From an uncultured Elusimicrobia bacterium (GTDB taxonomy: Bacteria; Elusimicrobiota; Elusimicrobia; 2-01-FULL-59-12): 64,000 nt of DNA. The notes below the pieces were generated by a model that searched no databases, was not told where the DNA came from, and was given only the letters and a program-made list of their open reading frames with translations. Positions 1 through 8,921 of the stretch are shown here, piece after piece (position 1 is the stretch's first letter; every line of letters begins with the position of its first letter). The translations under genes were made by a program, and so were the position numbers. The stretch is taken from contig OY969767.1 of NCBI GenBank assembly GCA_963702895.1, positions 1,888,001 through 1,952,000 on the forward strand, given 5' to 3'.

Positions 1-1737
1 CATGTTTCCGCTCGAGGACCCCACCACCTGCCACGCCGAGCCGTCCCAGGTCATGGTAATGAGCTGCGTGACGGCCGTCGTGTCGGAGGTCGAGTTCACG
101 GTGAAGGTCGCCGCGGTGCCCACCTGCCGCATCACCTTGGGGGTGGTGGCGGTGGAGACGTAGAGCCGGGAAGCGTAATCGAGCGAGAGCGTCGATCCGG
201 AAACGGCGTAATCCCCATAGATCCGGACGGTGCCGGTATCAAAATCCTGGTGGTAGGAAACCAGGTAATTGTCCACGCGGTTAAAGCCGGTCAGGTTGAT
301 CCCCGGCGAAGGGTTCACCCGGGTGTTTTTCATGACGAGGCTGGCGGGGTTGCCGGCGTCGAAGAGGATCTCGGCCGTGCCATTGGCGTGGGGCGTGCCG
401 GCGGCGTCATAGCCCAGGCGGCTCTCGACCAGGGTGGTGTTGACGGCGGCACTGAGATAGATCCCGCGGTCCTGATTGCCCGACACCTGGTTGCCGATCA
501 AGACGTTGTTGTTGGCGCCGTTCAAATAGATCCCCATGCTGACATTGCCCGTCACTGTATTGCCGCTCACCGTGTTGTTGTTGGAACCGCCGGTGAAATA
601 GAGCGCGTAACTACTATGGCCCGACACCGTATTGCCGCTCAGAGTGTTGTTCAGAGAACCGGTGAGATAGATCCCACTGCTGGCGCTCTTCAACACCCTG
701 TTGCCGCTCAAGGTGTTGGCGGAGGCGTTGGATAAATGGATGGCTGTCGTGGCCATTTTATAGACCACGTTCTGGTCGAAGGTGTTGCCGCCCGCCGAGT
801 TCAGATAGATCCCGTTATAGCCGTCACGCACGGTGGAGCTTGAAATCGATCCCTTCACCGCCGACCCGTCCCATTCGAGGCCGTATTTGCCCGCGAGGGT
901 GGACCCGAGATAGGCGAACTCCCCGTAGGTGAGACTGAAGCTCGTGGCGTTTCTCGCCAGGTCCTGGACATAAGCCGTGTTGCCGGGCGAACAACCGGAC
1001 CCGGTGCAGGTGCCGGAAGAGCGCACGACGGCGTTCCGGGAGAGGTTGGCGACCGTCACCGGCGAGGTGGAAGAGTGGTTGAGCGTAAGCGCCGGCGTGA
1101 AGCTCACGTTTCCGCCGGAGATCGAGGTGATGGTCACGGCTTCGGTGTCGATGGTGATCAAGTCGCCGTTCGACCAGCCGGTGATCGGGGTGTTCACGCT
1201 CACGGAGGTTGCGCCGGCGCTGGCGTCGGCGGTCGCGGTGGTGTAGGGCGTTTTGGTTGTACCGTAGACGACGAAGTTGCCGCCGTTACTGATCGTCAGC
1301 CCGTATTGTCCTGCGGTTCCCCCATAGGCCAAGACCAAGGTCGCGGTCGAGCCTGCGGGAATCGGCGTGGCCGCGGTGCCCAAGGTGAGCGTCCCGCCCG
1401 CGGCCACCGTCATCGAGCCTTGGACCAAGGTAAAGGTGCTGGAGTTCACCGTGCTAAACGCCAGCGTCCCGCGGACCGTCGTGGTGGAGGCGGTCGCGGT
1501 CGTGATGTCCACCGTCACCGTGTCCCCCGCCACGATGGTGACGGAATCGGTGCTGGTGGGAACGGCGGCAGGTGACCAGGTGGCGGCCGAGGACCAATTA
1601 CCACCGCCCGTGCCGTTGGAGGTGCTGGCGCGCGCGGGCATGGCGCCGAAGGCGAGAAGAGCGAGGAGGAGGCCGAACCGGCGAAGCGGCGAATCGGCGA
1701 ATCGGCGAATCGGCGAATCGGCGGATCGGCGAAGCAT
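1..1737 (-). CDS. Large secreted surface protein, 5' part (G8-like N-terminal region followed by right-handed parallel beta-helix repeats); runs off the left edge
   Basis: Not in the ORF track because there is no stop in the window. Manual translation from ATG 1737 is open to position 1: MLRRSADSPIRRFADSPLRRFGLLLALLAFGAMPARA (signal peptide), STSNGTGGGNWSSAATWSPAAVPTSTDSVTI, then repeated GIYL..NNT.SGN.V units. Confidence 0.85.
   Translation of the reverse strand, partial: MLRRSADSPIRRFADSPLRRFGLLLALLAFGAMPARASTSNGTGGGNWSSAATWSPAAVPTSTDSVTIVAGDTVTVDITTATASTTTVRGTLAFSTVNSSTFTLVQGSMTVAAGGTLTLGTAATPIPAGSTATLVLAYGGTAGQYGLTISNGGNFVVYGTTKTPYTTATADASAGATSVSVNTPITGWSNGDLITIDTEAVTITSISGGNVSFTPALTLNHSSTSPVTVANLSRNAVVRSSGTCTGSGCSPGNTAYVQDLARNATSFSLTYGEFAYLGSTLAGKYGLEWDGSAVKGSISSSTVRDGYNGIYLNSAGGNTFDQNVVYKMATTAIHLSNASANTLSGNRVLKSASSGIYLTGSLNNTLSGNTVSGHSSYALYFTGGSNNNTVSGNTVTGNVSMGIYLNGANNNVLIGNQVSGNQDRGIYLSAAVNTTLVESRLGYDAAGTPHANGTAEILFDAGNPASLVMKNTRVNPSPGINLTGFNRVDNYLVSYHQDFDTGTVRIYGDYAVSGSTLSLDYASRLYVSTATTPKVMRQVGTAATFTVNSTSDTTAVTQLITMTWDGSAWQVVGSSSGNM
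1680..1735. repeat. 8-bp tandem repeat (GGCGAATC) x7 inside the signal-peptide coding region
   Basis: ggcgaagc-ggcgaatc x4-ggcggatc-ggcgaagc read directly; more degenerate 8-mers continue upstream to about 1900. Confidence 0.9.
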
Positions 1738-2214
1738 TGTGTTCTGTGGACTGCTTTCGGTTTCGCCGGCTCGCTGGGTCGCCGGTTCGTCCCATCGCCG
1801 GCTCGCCGGCACGCCGGTTCCCCAGTTCAGCGCTGCGCCAGGTCCCCGATTCCCCGGTTCCCCGTTTCGGACAGTCTCCGGTACTCCGGTACTCCCCGCC
1901 ATTCCATCGTTGGCGGGGCCGCCAAGATTCAGTGGCGGACGGTACTCCGATACTGACACCGAGGGCATGCATACTTATTAAAGGGAAGCAGGCTCATTGC
2001 AAGTATAAGAGTTGTAAATTTAGTGAGCGTTTCTTTAGATCTATTTCTAGAGGTGTTTTATGTTAAGAACGCACTTGCTTGTGAGATTATGGTGAGGACA
2101 GATTGCGAACGCTACGCATAGGCCCAAAAAACCATAAAAATCGAGGCTTGGGCGCCCGCCAAAGAAGCGATGGCGGGCGCGGCAATCTCGGTGTTTCCGG
2201 AACGACAATGTTAA

Positions 2215-2268
2215 CGACGAGATGGCTTCGGCTGCACGGATGGCCTCGCCATGACGGCAGGTGAGATC
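2215..2268. repeat. Palindromic repeat half (GAGATxGCTTCG..CTCGCCATGAC family)
   Basis: aacgacgagatggcttcg...ggcctcgccatgacggcaggtgagatcg matches 3950-4098. Confidence 0.75.
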
Positions 2269-2287
2269 GCGAGCGTCCCCGAGTCGT

Positions 2288-2638
2288 TTAGCTGAGGCTA
2301 AAGGGAGAGACTTCGATCTTATCTTCCCACAAGAGGACCAGCATCCCGACGTAACGGTCATGGGACGATCGGGTCTTGAGCAGCTCCAGAACCGCCTTCC
2401 GGAAGAGCTCAAAGCGGCGAGTGGAGATACGCACGAGCACGACCCCGGGATGTCCGGAGGCCAGAGGTTTTTTGGAAAAGTCTGTGTCATGAGTGAAGAG
2501 AATCCGTCCCTCAAAAACGGCCATCTTCAGCAGGTCGCCGTTGGCAATGCCTTTCGGACAGACGACGATGTCATGCCCCAGTTCGCGCAACACGGGAACG
2601 AGGCCCTGGTGAATCTTCTCGTCGAGAAGAAAGCGCAC
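2288..2638 (-). CDS. DUF5615-type PIN-like toxin
   Basis: GTG start MRFLLDEKI..LRELGHD..D.L..A..EGRILFTHDTDF..HPGVVLVR; lies 4 bp downstream of the DUF433 gene. Confidence 0.8.
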   Translation of the reverse strand: MRFLLDEKIHQGLVPVLRELGHDIVVCPKGIANGDLLKMAVFEGRILFTHDTDFSKKPLASGHPGVVLVRISTRRFELFRKAVLELLKTRSSHDRYVGMLVLLWEDKIEVSPFSLS

Positions 2639-2642
2639 GGAC

Positions 2643-2879
2643 TTATTGCAGAAACGCCGGATGGAGTTCGCGCTCTTCCAAAACACGCGCGGCGTAATGG
2701 AGGGCCGCTTTAATGTGTTCGGCGCTCAGAGAAGGATAAGCCTGCAGGATTTCAGCCGTTGGAGCGCCCTCCTCCAGCATTTCCAACACGAGGTAAACCA
2801 TGATACGTGTCCCTTTGAAGCACGGTTTGCCGTGGCAAACAGCCGGATCGACGGAGATAAACTGCTCAATGACATTCAT
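2643..2879 (-). CDS. DUF433 antitoxin
   Basis: ISVDPAVCHGKPCFKGTRIMVYLVLEML..G....EIL.AYPSL...IKAAL.YA signature; ATG 2879 preceded by TGcTATAAT. Confidence 0.9.
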   Translation of the reverse strand: MNVIEQFISVDPAVCHGKPCFKGTRIMVYLVLEMLEEGAPTAEILQAYPSLSAEHIKAALHYAARVLEERELHPAFLQ

Positions 2880-2949
2880 CGCAGATATTATTATAGCACT
2901 GGGCGCGGTCCGCCGGCTCACTCCTTGGGGACGCGATGACAGCAGTGGG

Positions 2950-3002
2950 TTGTCATGGCGAGCCCGCCACGGTGTACTGGCGGGCGAAGCAATCTCGTTG
3001 TT
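2950..3002. repeat. Palindromic repeat half (GTCATxGCGAG..GAAGCAATCTC family) containing a CCCGCC-hairpin
   Basis: tgtcatggcgag-cccgccacggtgtactggcggg-cgaagcaatctcgttgtt; same frame as 3729 and 3887 copies. Confidence 0.75.
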
Positions 3003-3044
3003 AGAAAGCGCAGAGGGACGATGAAGCAGGAACAAATGGCGGAA

Positions 3045-3422
3045 TCAGACAGACTGAACGCGCAGGCCTTTGATGGCGCGGAAATCCTTCAAGTTGCGCG
3101 TCACCAGCACGGCATTTCGCAGCTTGGCCGTTGCCGCGATCAGGGCGTCAGCGATGTCGGTGCGGTAGCGCCGTCGGAACTCGGCCGCCATTCGGGCCAC
3201 TCTGGAGGTGACGGCCAAGGAGGGCATCAGAGCCAGCAAGCGGGAAATTTCCCGCGCCTCATGCGCGCTCAACTGCGGGACCGAAAGCAATTCGTATTCG
3301 GTCAGGACCGAAAGGCAAGCTTGGACTCGTCCGGTTTCGATCAGAAGGAGAAATTCCGTGGCGGCGCGGTCTCCGCCCCGCAGATGGTCAATAAAAATAT
3401 TGGTGTCGACCAGATAGGTCAC
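3045..3422 (-). CDS. vapC: PIN-domain VapC toxin
   Basis: YLVDTNIFIDHLRG..SVLTEYEL..DIADALIAATA....LVTRNLKDF; GTG start overlaps the upstream stop (GTGA). Confidence 0.9.
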   Translation of the reverse strand: MTYLVDTNIFIDHLRGGDRAATEFLLLIETGRVQACLSVLTEYELLSVPQLSAHEAREISRLLALMPSLAVTSRVARMAAEFRRRYRTDIADALIAATAKLRNAVLVTRNLKDFRAIKGLRVQSV

Positions 3423-3652
3423 GCGACGCGTCGGCGGGAAGACCGCTCCCATGAACGCCGTGTTTGCTTCTCGTATACGGTGCCGGGTGCAACGCGGTGT
3501 CCTAAGAGTCCGAGAGTGGATTGGACGACGCTGGTGGGGCGCAAAACCATGGGGCCGGAGAACGGCCCCGACGCCGCTTTCATCGCCTCCAAGCGCTCCT
3601 CAAATGCTTCCACTTCATTCAGCCACGATTTGCGTGTTGCTGATTTTCCCAT
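3419..3652 (-). CDS. Putative VapB-type antitoxin of unrecognised family
   Basis: 77 aa, coupled to vapC by GTGA overlap, GAGGT RBS and TGgTATACT upstream. Confidence 0.65.
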   Translation of the reverse strand: MGKSATRKSWLNEVEAFEERLEAMKAASGPFSGPMVLRPTSVVQSTLGLLGHRVAPGTVYEKQTRRSWERSSRRRVA

Positions 3653-3728
3653 GGATCACCTCTGTTCCGACGACAGTATACCATACCAAAGGCGGCGCGG
3701 CTCCCGTGAACGGAGCGACGCCACACGC

Positions 3729-4098
3729 TGTCATTGCGAGGTCGCCAGCTGTTTGGCGACCGAAGCAATCTCGTCGTTGAACGTCGAGATCGCTTCGTCC
3801 CCCATACAACCGGGGGACTGCCCCTCCCATTACTTTCAAAGGAAGGGGGCGCCAGAACAACGGGGCTCGCGATGACGGCTAACGGCTGTCATTGCGAGGT
3901 CGCCGGCTGTTTGGCGACCGAAGCAATCTCGTCGTTGTCACTGGTAACACCGAGATTGCTTCGGCTATACAGAAGGCCTCGCAATGACGGCTGAAGGCCT
4001 CGCCATGACAGCTGAGGGCCTCGCCATGACAGCTGAGGGCCTCGCCATGACGGCGAACAACTGTCAGAAGGCCTCGCCATGACGGCAGGGGAGATCGA
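3729..4098. repeat. Cluster of GTCATTGCGAG/GAAGCAATCTC palindromic elements plus a 21-bp tandem amplification
   Basis: Two near-identical left halves (3729-3779, 3887-3937), right halves ending ctcgc(a/g)atgac, and ga(a/g)ggcctcgc(c/a)atgac(a/g)gct units x4 +1 from 3972. Confidence 0.85.
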
Positions 4099-4122
4099 GT
4101 GGAAGGAGCGTTCCTATGATGT

Positions 4123-4761
4123 TTAAAACTTGGCGAGCTTGCGGACTTCTTTTTCGAAAAACCCTTTGACCTCGTTCCAGGGTAGAGGTGTGATCAGTTT
4201 AGGGGAAGGTTCGGCATCGGCATCTGAAAAATAGACCAGAGACCGCATGGCAAGCGTCAGGATATCGGACCGACCCCGGAATTTCTTAAGAACCAAACGC
4301 ATCAATTGGGTCAAGCGAAGCTCCTTCTGGAGAATGTAATAAAGGTCAATATAATCCTTTCGACTTCCACGTCCAATGATCGCGGCAACTTTCATCAAGC
4401 CGATGTCGATGGGATGAGCGATGGCGATGCCTTGCCAAAAGCGCGTTTTCCGCAAGAGAGGATGTCTGTATTTAAAAAAGCTGACCTGCGTCATCCCATG
4501 GCGCGCATGCACCGTTCCTTCCCTCTCTGCTTCGATCGTCACGGAGCATTTCTGCAGCCTCTCAAGGAGCGCCTCCTTGGCGGGAAAGTCAAGCGCATGG
4601 GAGGAAGAGAAAAAATCAAGATCAACAGAGATGCGGTGCCCGTACATCAGAGCAAGCGCCGTCCCCCCGGCAAGATAAAAGTCCTTAAGAAGCGAGCTTT
4701 TGGCCAAGAGACCCGCCGTCTGGCGGCAACCGGGGGTGAGAGCCTCGGGATGCCACTTCAT
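4123..4761 (-). CDS. AbiEii-like nucleotidyltransferase toxin (type IV TA)
   Basis: FYLAGGTALALMYGHRISVDLDFF and MKVAAIIGRGSRKDYIDLY motifs; ATGA overlap with upstream gene. Confidence 0.85.
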   Translation of the reverse strand: MKWHPEALTPGCRQTAGLLAKSSLLKDFYLAGGTALALMYGHRISVDLDFFSSSHALDFPAKEALLERLQKCSVTIEAEREGTVHARHGMTQVSFFKYRHPLLRKTRFWQGIAIAHPIDIGLMKVAAIIGRGSRKDYIDLYYILQKELRLTQLMRLVLKKFRGRSDILTLAMRSLVYFSDADAEPSPKLITPLPWNEVKGFFEKEVRKLAKF

Positions 4762-5309
4762 GCGGCCCTTCCCAAGGTGCGGCCGGGCGCGCGCCAATCG
4801 CGGTGCGGTGCGGGGGGTACTTTCCACAGCCAGCACCAGAAATGATAGGTGCGCTCTGACAAAAGTCGCGCGCCCGGCCCTGCCAGACACTCTTTAATGA
4901 GCCGCAGGCCATAGTGCGCGCGCGCCCAGCGCAGGGCCTTTCGGTCACCGCGCTCTAAAATCCTGGACAGGATGAGATTCGCGTCGCGCCTGGGTTCCAG
5001 TGCGCGAGCGTCATATTCCGGAAAGAGATAAGCCAGCCGCTGGGGCACAGACGCGGCACGCGCGCGATGGCGCACCACCAGAGCCTGCACTTCACTCAGA
5101 TCCAGAAAATGCTGGTTCGCAAAGAAGGCGACGGGACGCAGCCACCCTCGCTCCATGAGACGATAAAGATGCCGTTGGGACCGGCCCAAGAGCTTGACCG
5201 CCTCGATGACCGAAATCACCCGCCGCGGCCCTGAACGGCGCCCTGTTTTGGCATCCTCTTCCTGAAACAGGACGGCCCCGCTTGGCTCGATCATGAATAT
5301 TCTTCTCAT
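4758..5309 (-). CDS. Putative antitoxin: excisionase-like HTH plus DUF6922-like domain
   Basis: ISVIEAVKLLGRSQRHLYRLMERGWL (HTH) and LFPEYD....L......ILSRILERGD...LRW....YG. Confidence 0.7.
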   Translation of the reverse strand: MRRIFMIEPSGAVLFQEEDAKTGRRSGPRRVISVIEAVKLLGRSQRHLYRLMERGWLRPVAFFANQHFLDLSEVQALVVRHRARAASVPQRLAYLFPEYDARALEPRRDANLILSRILERGDRKALRWARAHYGLRLIKECLAGPGARLLSERTYHFWCWLWKVPPAPHRDWRAPGRTLGRAA

Positions 5310-5439
5310 TAGTGTGTCCTATTATATGACATATAAGAGACGAAAGATCAATAGTCAAGGTGAGCGCAAGACTTCGCCGTTGGTCAAGAAGTCGGCGTAG
5401 TCTCTGCCGTTCGGACCCGGTAAAAGAGAGAACAGAAGC

Positions 5440-5790
5440 GTAAGGCTGCCGATCAAACAAATCCCGCTCTTCCTTCAGCCACCGCAGCACGATCAACCCG
5501 TCGCTCGGCAAATCCTTGCTCCCAAACGCATGCACCGTCTCGGCCAGTTCCGTAGCGCGATTCGGATATGCCGGACTCGCGTAAGGCCGCCAGTCCACGG
5601 TTTCCAACGAACGGATCGTTTCCACCACCGCATCGTCTTTCCGTGCTGTAATCGTGAAATGGACCTTCCGGCCATGACACACCCGCACCACGCCGGCTTG
5701 CTACGCCGCACTGTCCGAACGAACTTGAATCTCCAACTCCGGCAGCGTCTGCTTCAGCCCGTTGATCACCCGCTCCAAAAGCCAAATTTG
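5440..5790 (-). pseudogene. Transposase remnant, IS1380-like
   Basis: Internal fragment LERVINGLKQTLPELEIQVRSDSAA*QAGVVRVC...HFTITARKD with in-frame TAG; no start or ends. Confidence 0.55.
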
Positions 5791-5981
5791 CTGCACAGAC
5801 GATGGATCCCCCGCTGACGGCCGCGGGGGATGACGTCAGGGGTGGCTGATCGGATGATTTGGGAGGGGACGCTCATTCCTCGCAAACCCACAAACTCAGG
5901 CACTCACGCGAGTTGGGATCACCGAGTTTGTGGGATGATGAGGAACGCCCCAAAACCTATTTTAAAAGGTATTCTTATCGC

Positions 5982-7505
5982 ATGAGAAAATTCCTTTTCC
6001 TCCCGATCTTTCTGTTGGTGGGGCCTGTTTGCGGAGACGTTTACTTGTTGAAGAACCATCTGATGTCGGGCGATCCGGACCGGATGAGCCTGGCCGCTCA
6101 AAAGGCGGCGACGCTCAGTGCTTCCGAACAGCGGCTCCTGGTGCTCAGTTTGATCGTGCCGCTGCGCCAGGACTCGCGGTCCGCGGCCGCGGCCGCCCGC
6201 GCGCTCGGGTATTGCGGCCGGCCCGCCGAAGAAGCCTTGCCTGATTTGATCGAAGCGCTCAGGCAGGATGATCCGGCCGTCGTTCAAGCCGTCGGTGAAA
6301 CGCTCGTGAAGATCGGGCCGGCGGCGCTCCCCCCTTTGCGCAAAGCGCTCGAAGACCCCAATTTTCAGGTTCGTCAGCGTGCCGCGCAAATTGCCGGCGC
6401 TTTCGGGCCAAACGCCCGGCGGCTCTCTGGGGAACTGGCCGCCTTGACCCTGGATTCCAATCTCGAGGTGCGCTCCGCCGCGGAATCCGCGATCTTACAG
6501 ATTGGGGAACCTGCGATCCCGGAAGTCGCCCGCCTCTTGCGCCAAAAGAACGTGGCCACCCGGCAGTCCGCCGCGAGTTTGCTCGGCCGCTTGGGTGTGC
6601 CAGCCTCCCCGGCGCTCGTGCGGGCCCTGCGCCAAGATGAAAACGGAAGCGTCCGGGCCGCCGCCGCGACCGCTTTGGGGACCATCCGCCCCCCGAAAAC
6701 GGGCACGGTTCAAGCCCTGATTGACACCTTGAAGGATTTTGATGATACCGCCCGGACCGCCGCCATCGTGGCGCTGGGGAGCCTCGGACCGGAGGCCAAG
6801 GCGGCCATCGCTCCTTTGATCCAGGTGGCACTGAAGGACTCCGAGCCCCTCATCAAACAACGCGCGGCCCAGGCGCTCGAGGCCATCGGCCCAGGCAGCC
6901 AAGAATCTCTGCCCGGCCTGGTGGACAATATGAAGTCACCGGATGGTGGGATACGTCGGGCAAGCGTCCTCGCGATCGGAGCCGCCCAGATGGGACCGGA
7001 GGACACCTCCGCGGCGATGGCGCTCGCGCTCAAGGACCTGGACTCGGCTGTGAAACTCTCGGCCATCGAGGTCACGGCGTCTTATGCGCCCACTTATGCG
7101 CCCGCGGTCTCCCTGCTTCGGCCTGTTCTTTATGACCCTGATAAATCCGTGCGCCTGGCGGCCATTGCCGCCATGGGCCGGGCCACAGCCGCGCCAGATG
7201 CCGCGGCGCTCACCCTCCAGGAACTCTTAAAGGATGCCGATCCTCTCGTGCGCGACCATACGGTAGACGCCTTGAGCTCCTTAGGCCCCGAGGCGGTGCC
7301 GGCGCTCCTCGTCGCCTCCAAAGATTCTTATGACACGATCGCGCAAAAGGCGCAGGCCGCGATCGTCTCGATGGGTCCGGCCGCGCTGCCGGCCCTGGAA
7401 AAGGCGAGCGCTTCGGGTGATCTTGTTTCGCAGAAAGAGATTCAGGCGCTCATGGCCCAGATCCAGAAGAAGCCAGCTCCCCGCCGCTCTCGAAAGCCCC
7501 GCTGA
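5982..7505 (+). CDS. Secreted HEAT/PBS-lyase repeat protein
   Basis: MRKFLFLPIFLLVGPVCG signal; many L..AL.D....VR..AA.ALG repeats. Confidence 0.85.
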   Translation: MRKFLFLPIFLLVGPVCGDVYLLKNHLMSGDPDRMSLAAQKAATLSASEQRLLVLSLIVPLRQDSRSAAAAARALGYCGRPAEEALPDLIEALRQDDPAVVQAVGETLVKIGPAALPPLRKALEDPNFQVRQRAAQIAGAFGPNARRLSGELAALTLDSNLEVRSAAESAILQIGEPAIPEVARLLRQKNVATRQSAASLLGRLGVPASPALVRALRQDENGSVRAAAATALGTIRPPKTGTVQALIDTLKDFDDTARTAAIVALGSLGPEAKAAIAPLIQVALKDSEPLIKQRAAQALEAIGPGSQESLPGLVDNMKSPDGGIRRASVLAIGAAQMGPEDTSAAMALALKDLDSAVKLSAIEVTASYAPTYAPAVSLLRPVLYDPDKSVRLAAIAAMGRATAAPDAAALTLQELLKDADPLVRDHTVDALSSLGPEAVPALLVASKDSYDTIAQKAQAAIVSMGPAALPALEKASASGDLVSQKEIQALMAQIQKKPAPRRSRKPR

Positions 7506-7625
7506 TGGCCGCATCAACATCCACAGAATGCCCTGCTGGTTCTTGAATATTTTTCCCTTGAATTTTGATGCCCAGGAAGGCATAAGAGCTCATCCCGAAG
7601 CTCATGAATAGGAGAAACCCTTAAC

Positions 7626-8069
7626 GTGACCACTCTCTTTGTGATGTGGGATTGGAAATACAAGTTGAAGACGGATGGGATCAACGAGCAGCACAAGAAA
7701 CTCTTTGCCCTCCTCAACCAGGCCCACGATGTTCTGGCCTCAGGCAAGAACGTGGACGCTTTGGAACCTGTCCTCAAAGGTCTGGAGGAGTATTCCAGGG
7801 TCCATTTCACCTATGAAGAGAAGCTGATGGACAAATACAAATTTCCGCAGATCCAGGCCCACCGTCAGCAGCATCAGATCTTTATTCGTCATATCGACAA
7901 CGCAAGGCGGAGTGTCCGGATGGGAGAAGCGGCCGTCAAGATGGAACTGGTCCGGTTTCTCCGGGATTGGCTGCTGGACCACATTTTGGTTGAAGACAGA
8001 AAATACGACCAGTTCTTCATTGGGCAACGGGCGCCCGAAGCGGTCCGCCACGCGGACCGCCTGTATTAG
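7626..8069 (+). CDS. Bacteriohemerythrin
   Basis: W..KY....GINEQHKKLF..HFTYEE.LM..HRQQH..F..WLLDHILVED iron-ligand pattern. Confidence 0.9.
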   Translation: MTTLFVMWDWKYKLKTDGINEQHKKLFALLNQAHDVLASGKNVDALEPVLKGLEEYSRVHFTYEEKLMDKYKFPQIQAHRQQHQIFIRHIDNARRSVRMGEAAVKMELVRFLRDWLLDHILVEDRKYDQFFIGQRAPEAVRHADRLY

Positions 8070-8125
8070 CCCGAAATCTTTCTTTGGGAACGTTTTATCG
8101 TCCGGTCCTGCCGCACTTTTCTGTG

Positions 8126-8213
8126 CCGTCATCCCCCCCGGCCGTAAGGGGGGGATCCATCATTCCGTTTACAACGGTGATGGACCCCGGCTGACAACCG
8201 CCGGGGTGACGAC
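8126..8213. repeat. GTCATCCC..GGGATCCA / TGGACCCC..GGGGTGAC double-hairpin element
   Basis: Family also at 5803-5835 (half), 8273-8341, 15626-15745, 21750-21838, 51831-51904, 56603-56671. Confidence 0.8.
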
Positions 8214-8235
8214 CTAACTGAACTTTCCCGGTTAG

Positions 8236-8378
8236 CAGGCTGCCGAAAAAGTGCATCAACGTCTCTTTTGACGTCACCCCGGCGGAAGCCGGGGTCCAGT
8301 TCACCGACGATGTTCTGGATTCCGGCTTTCGCCGGAATGACGGCTGTAAGACCTTCGGAAGGTTGTTTCGGCAGCCTG
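8236..8378. mobile_element. 143-bp MITE-like element with CAGGCTGCCGAAA inverted ends and flanking TTAG direct repeats
   Basis: ttag|caggctgccgaaa...tttcggcagcctg|ttag; carries the 69-bp double-hairpin element at 8273-8341. Confidence 0.75.
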
Positions 8379-8558
8379 TTAGCCCGGAATCTTCTGTCGA
8401 GCTCACCCCGGCGGATGGCTCGCCGCCATGACGGCACAAAAAGTCCATGCTTGAAAGTTTCGCTGGCCCCAACCCCGCACATATGCTTTATTTCTCCCGT
8501 ACGACACGCGAAGTCAAGCAACGGGAATGGACTGTACGATTGACTCAAGGAGGTTTTT

Positions 8559-8900
8559 ATGAGCGACGCAAGTTTTGATCCGATGAAGTTTTATTTATCG
8601 ATCGAGGGGCGGGTGGGTCGGCAAGATTACTGGATGAAGCTCTTCGTGCCGATTCTGGTTGTGGCGATCATTCTGGGCATCGTTGCCAGGGGCAATACGG
8701 CCGTATCGATTGTCTTCAATCTGCTGGTCTTATGGCCTTCCCTCGCCGTGAGCATCAAGCGCTGGCACGACCGGGACAAGACCGGGTGGTGGGTGCTCAT
8801 CAATCTGATCCCGATCATCGGCTGGATTTGGGCCTTGGTTGAAAACGGGTTCCTCAAAGGAACCGAAGGCGACAACCGCTTCGGCCCCTCGCCCGTCTAG
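8559..8900 (+). CDS. DUF805 membrane protein
   Basis: GRVGRQDYW..WPSLAVSIKRWHDRDKTGWW..GTEGDNRFGPSP; AGGAGG RBS. Confidence 0.9.
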   Translation: MSDASFDPMKFYLSIEGRVGRQDYWMKLFVPILVVAIILGIVARGNTAVSIVFNLLVLWPSLAVSIKRWHDRDKTGWWVLINLIPIIGWIWALVENGFLKGTEGDNRFGPSPV

Positions 8901-8921
8901 CGAAACCCGCTCGGCAGAACC

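Noticed and set aside
250..2066. Plus-strand ORFs 250-735, 977-1246, 1075-1575, 1367-1981, 1572-2066
   Set aside because: Shadows of the minus-strand surface-protein gene and its upstream repeats
3972..4086. CRISPR array
   Set aside because: Contiguous tandem units without unique spacers
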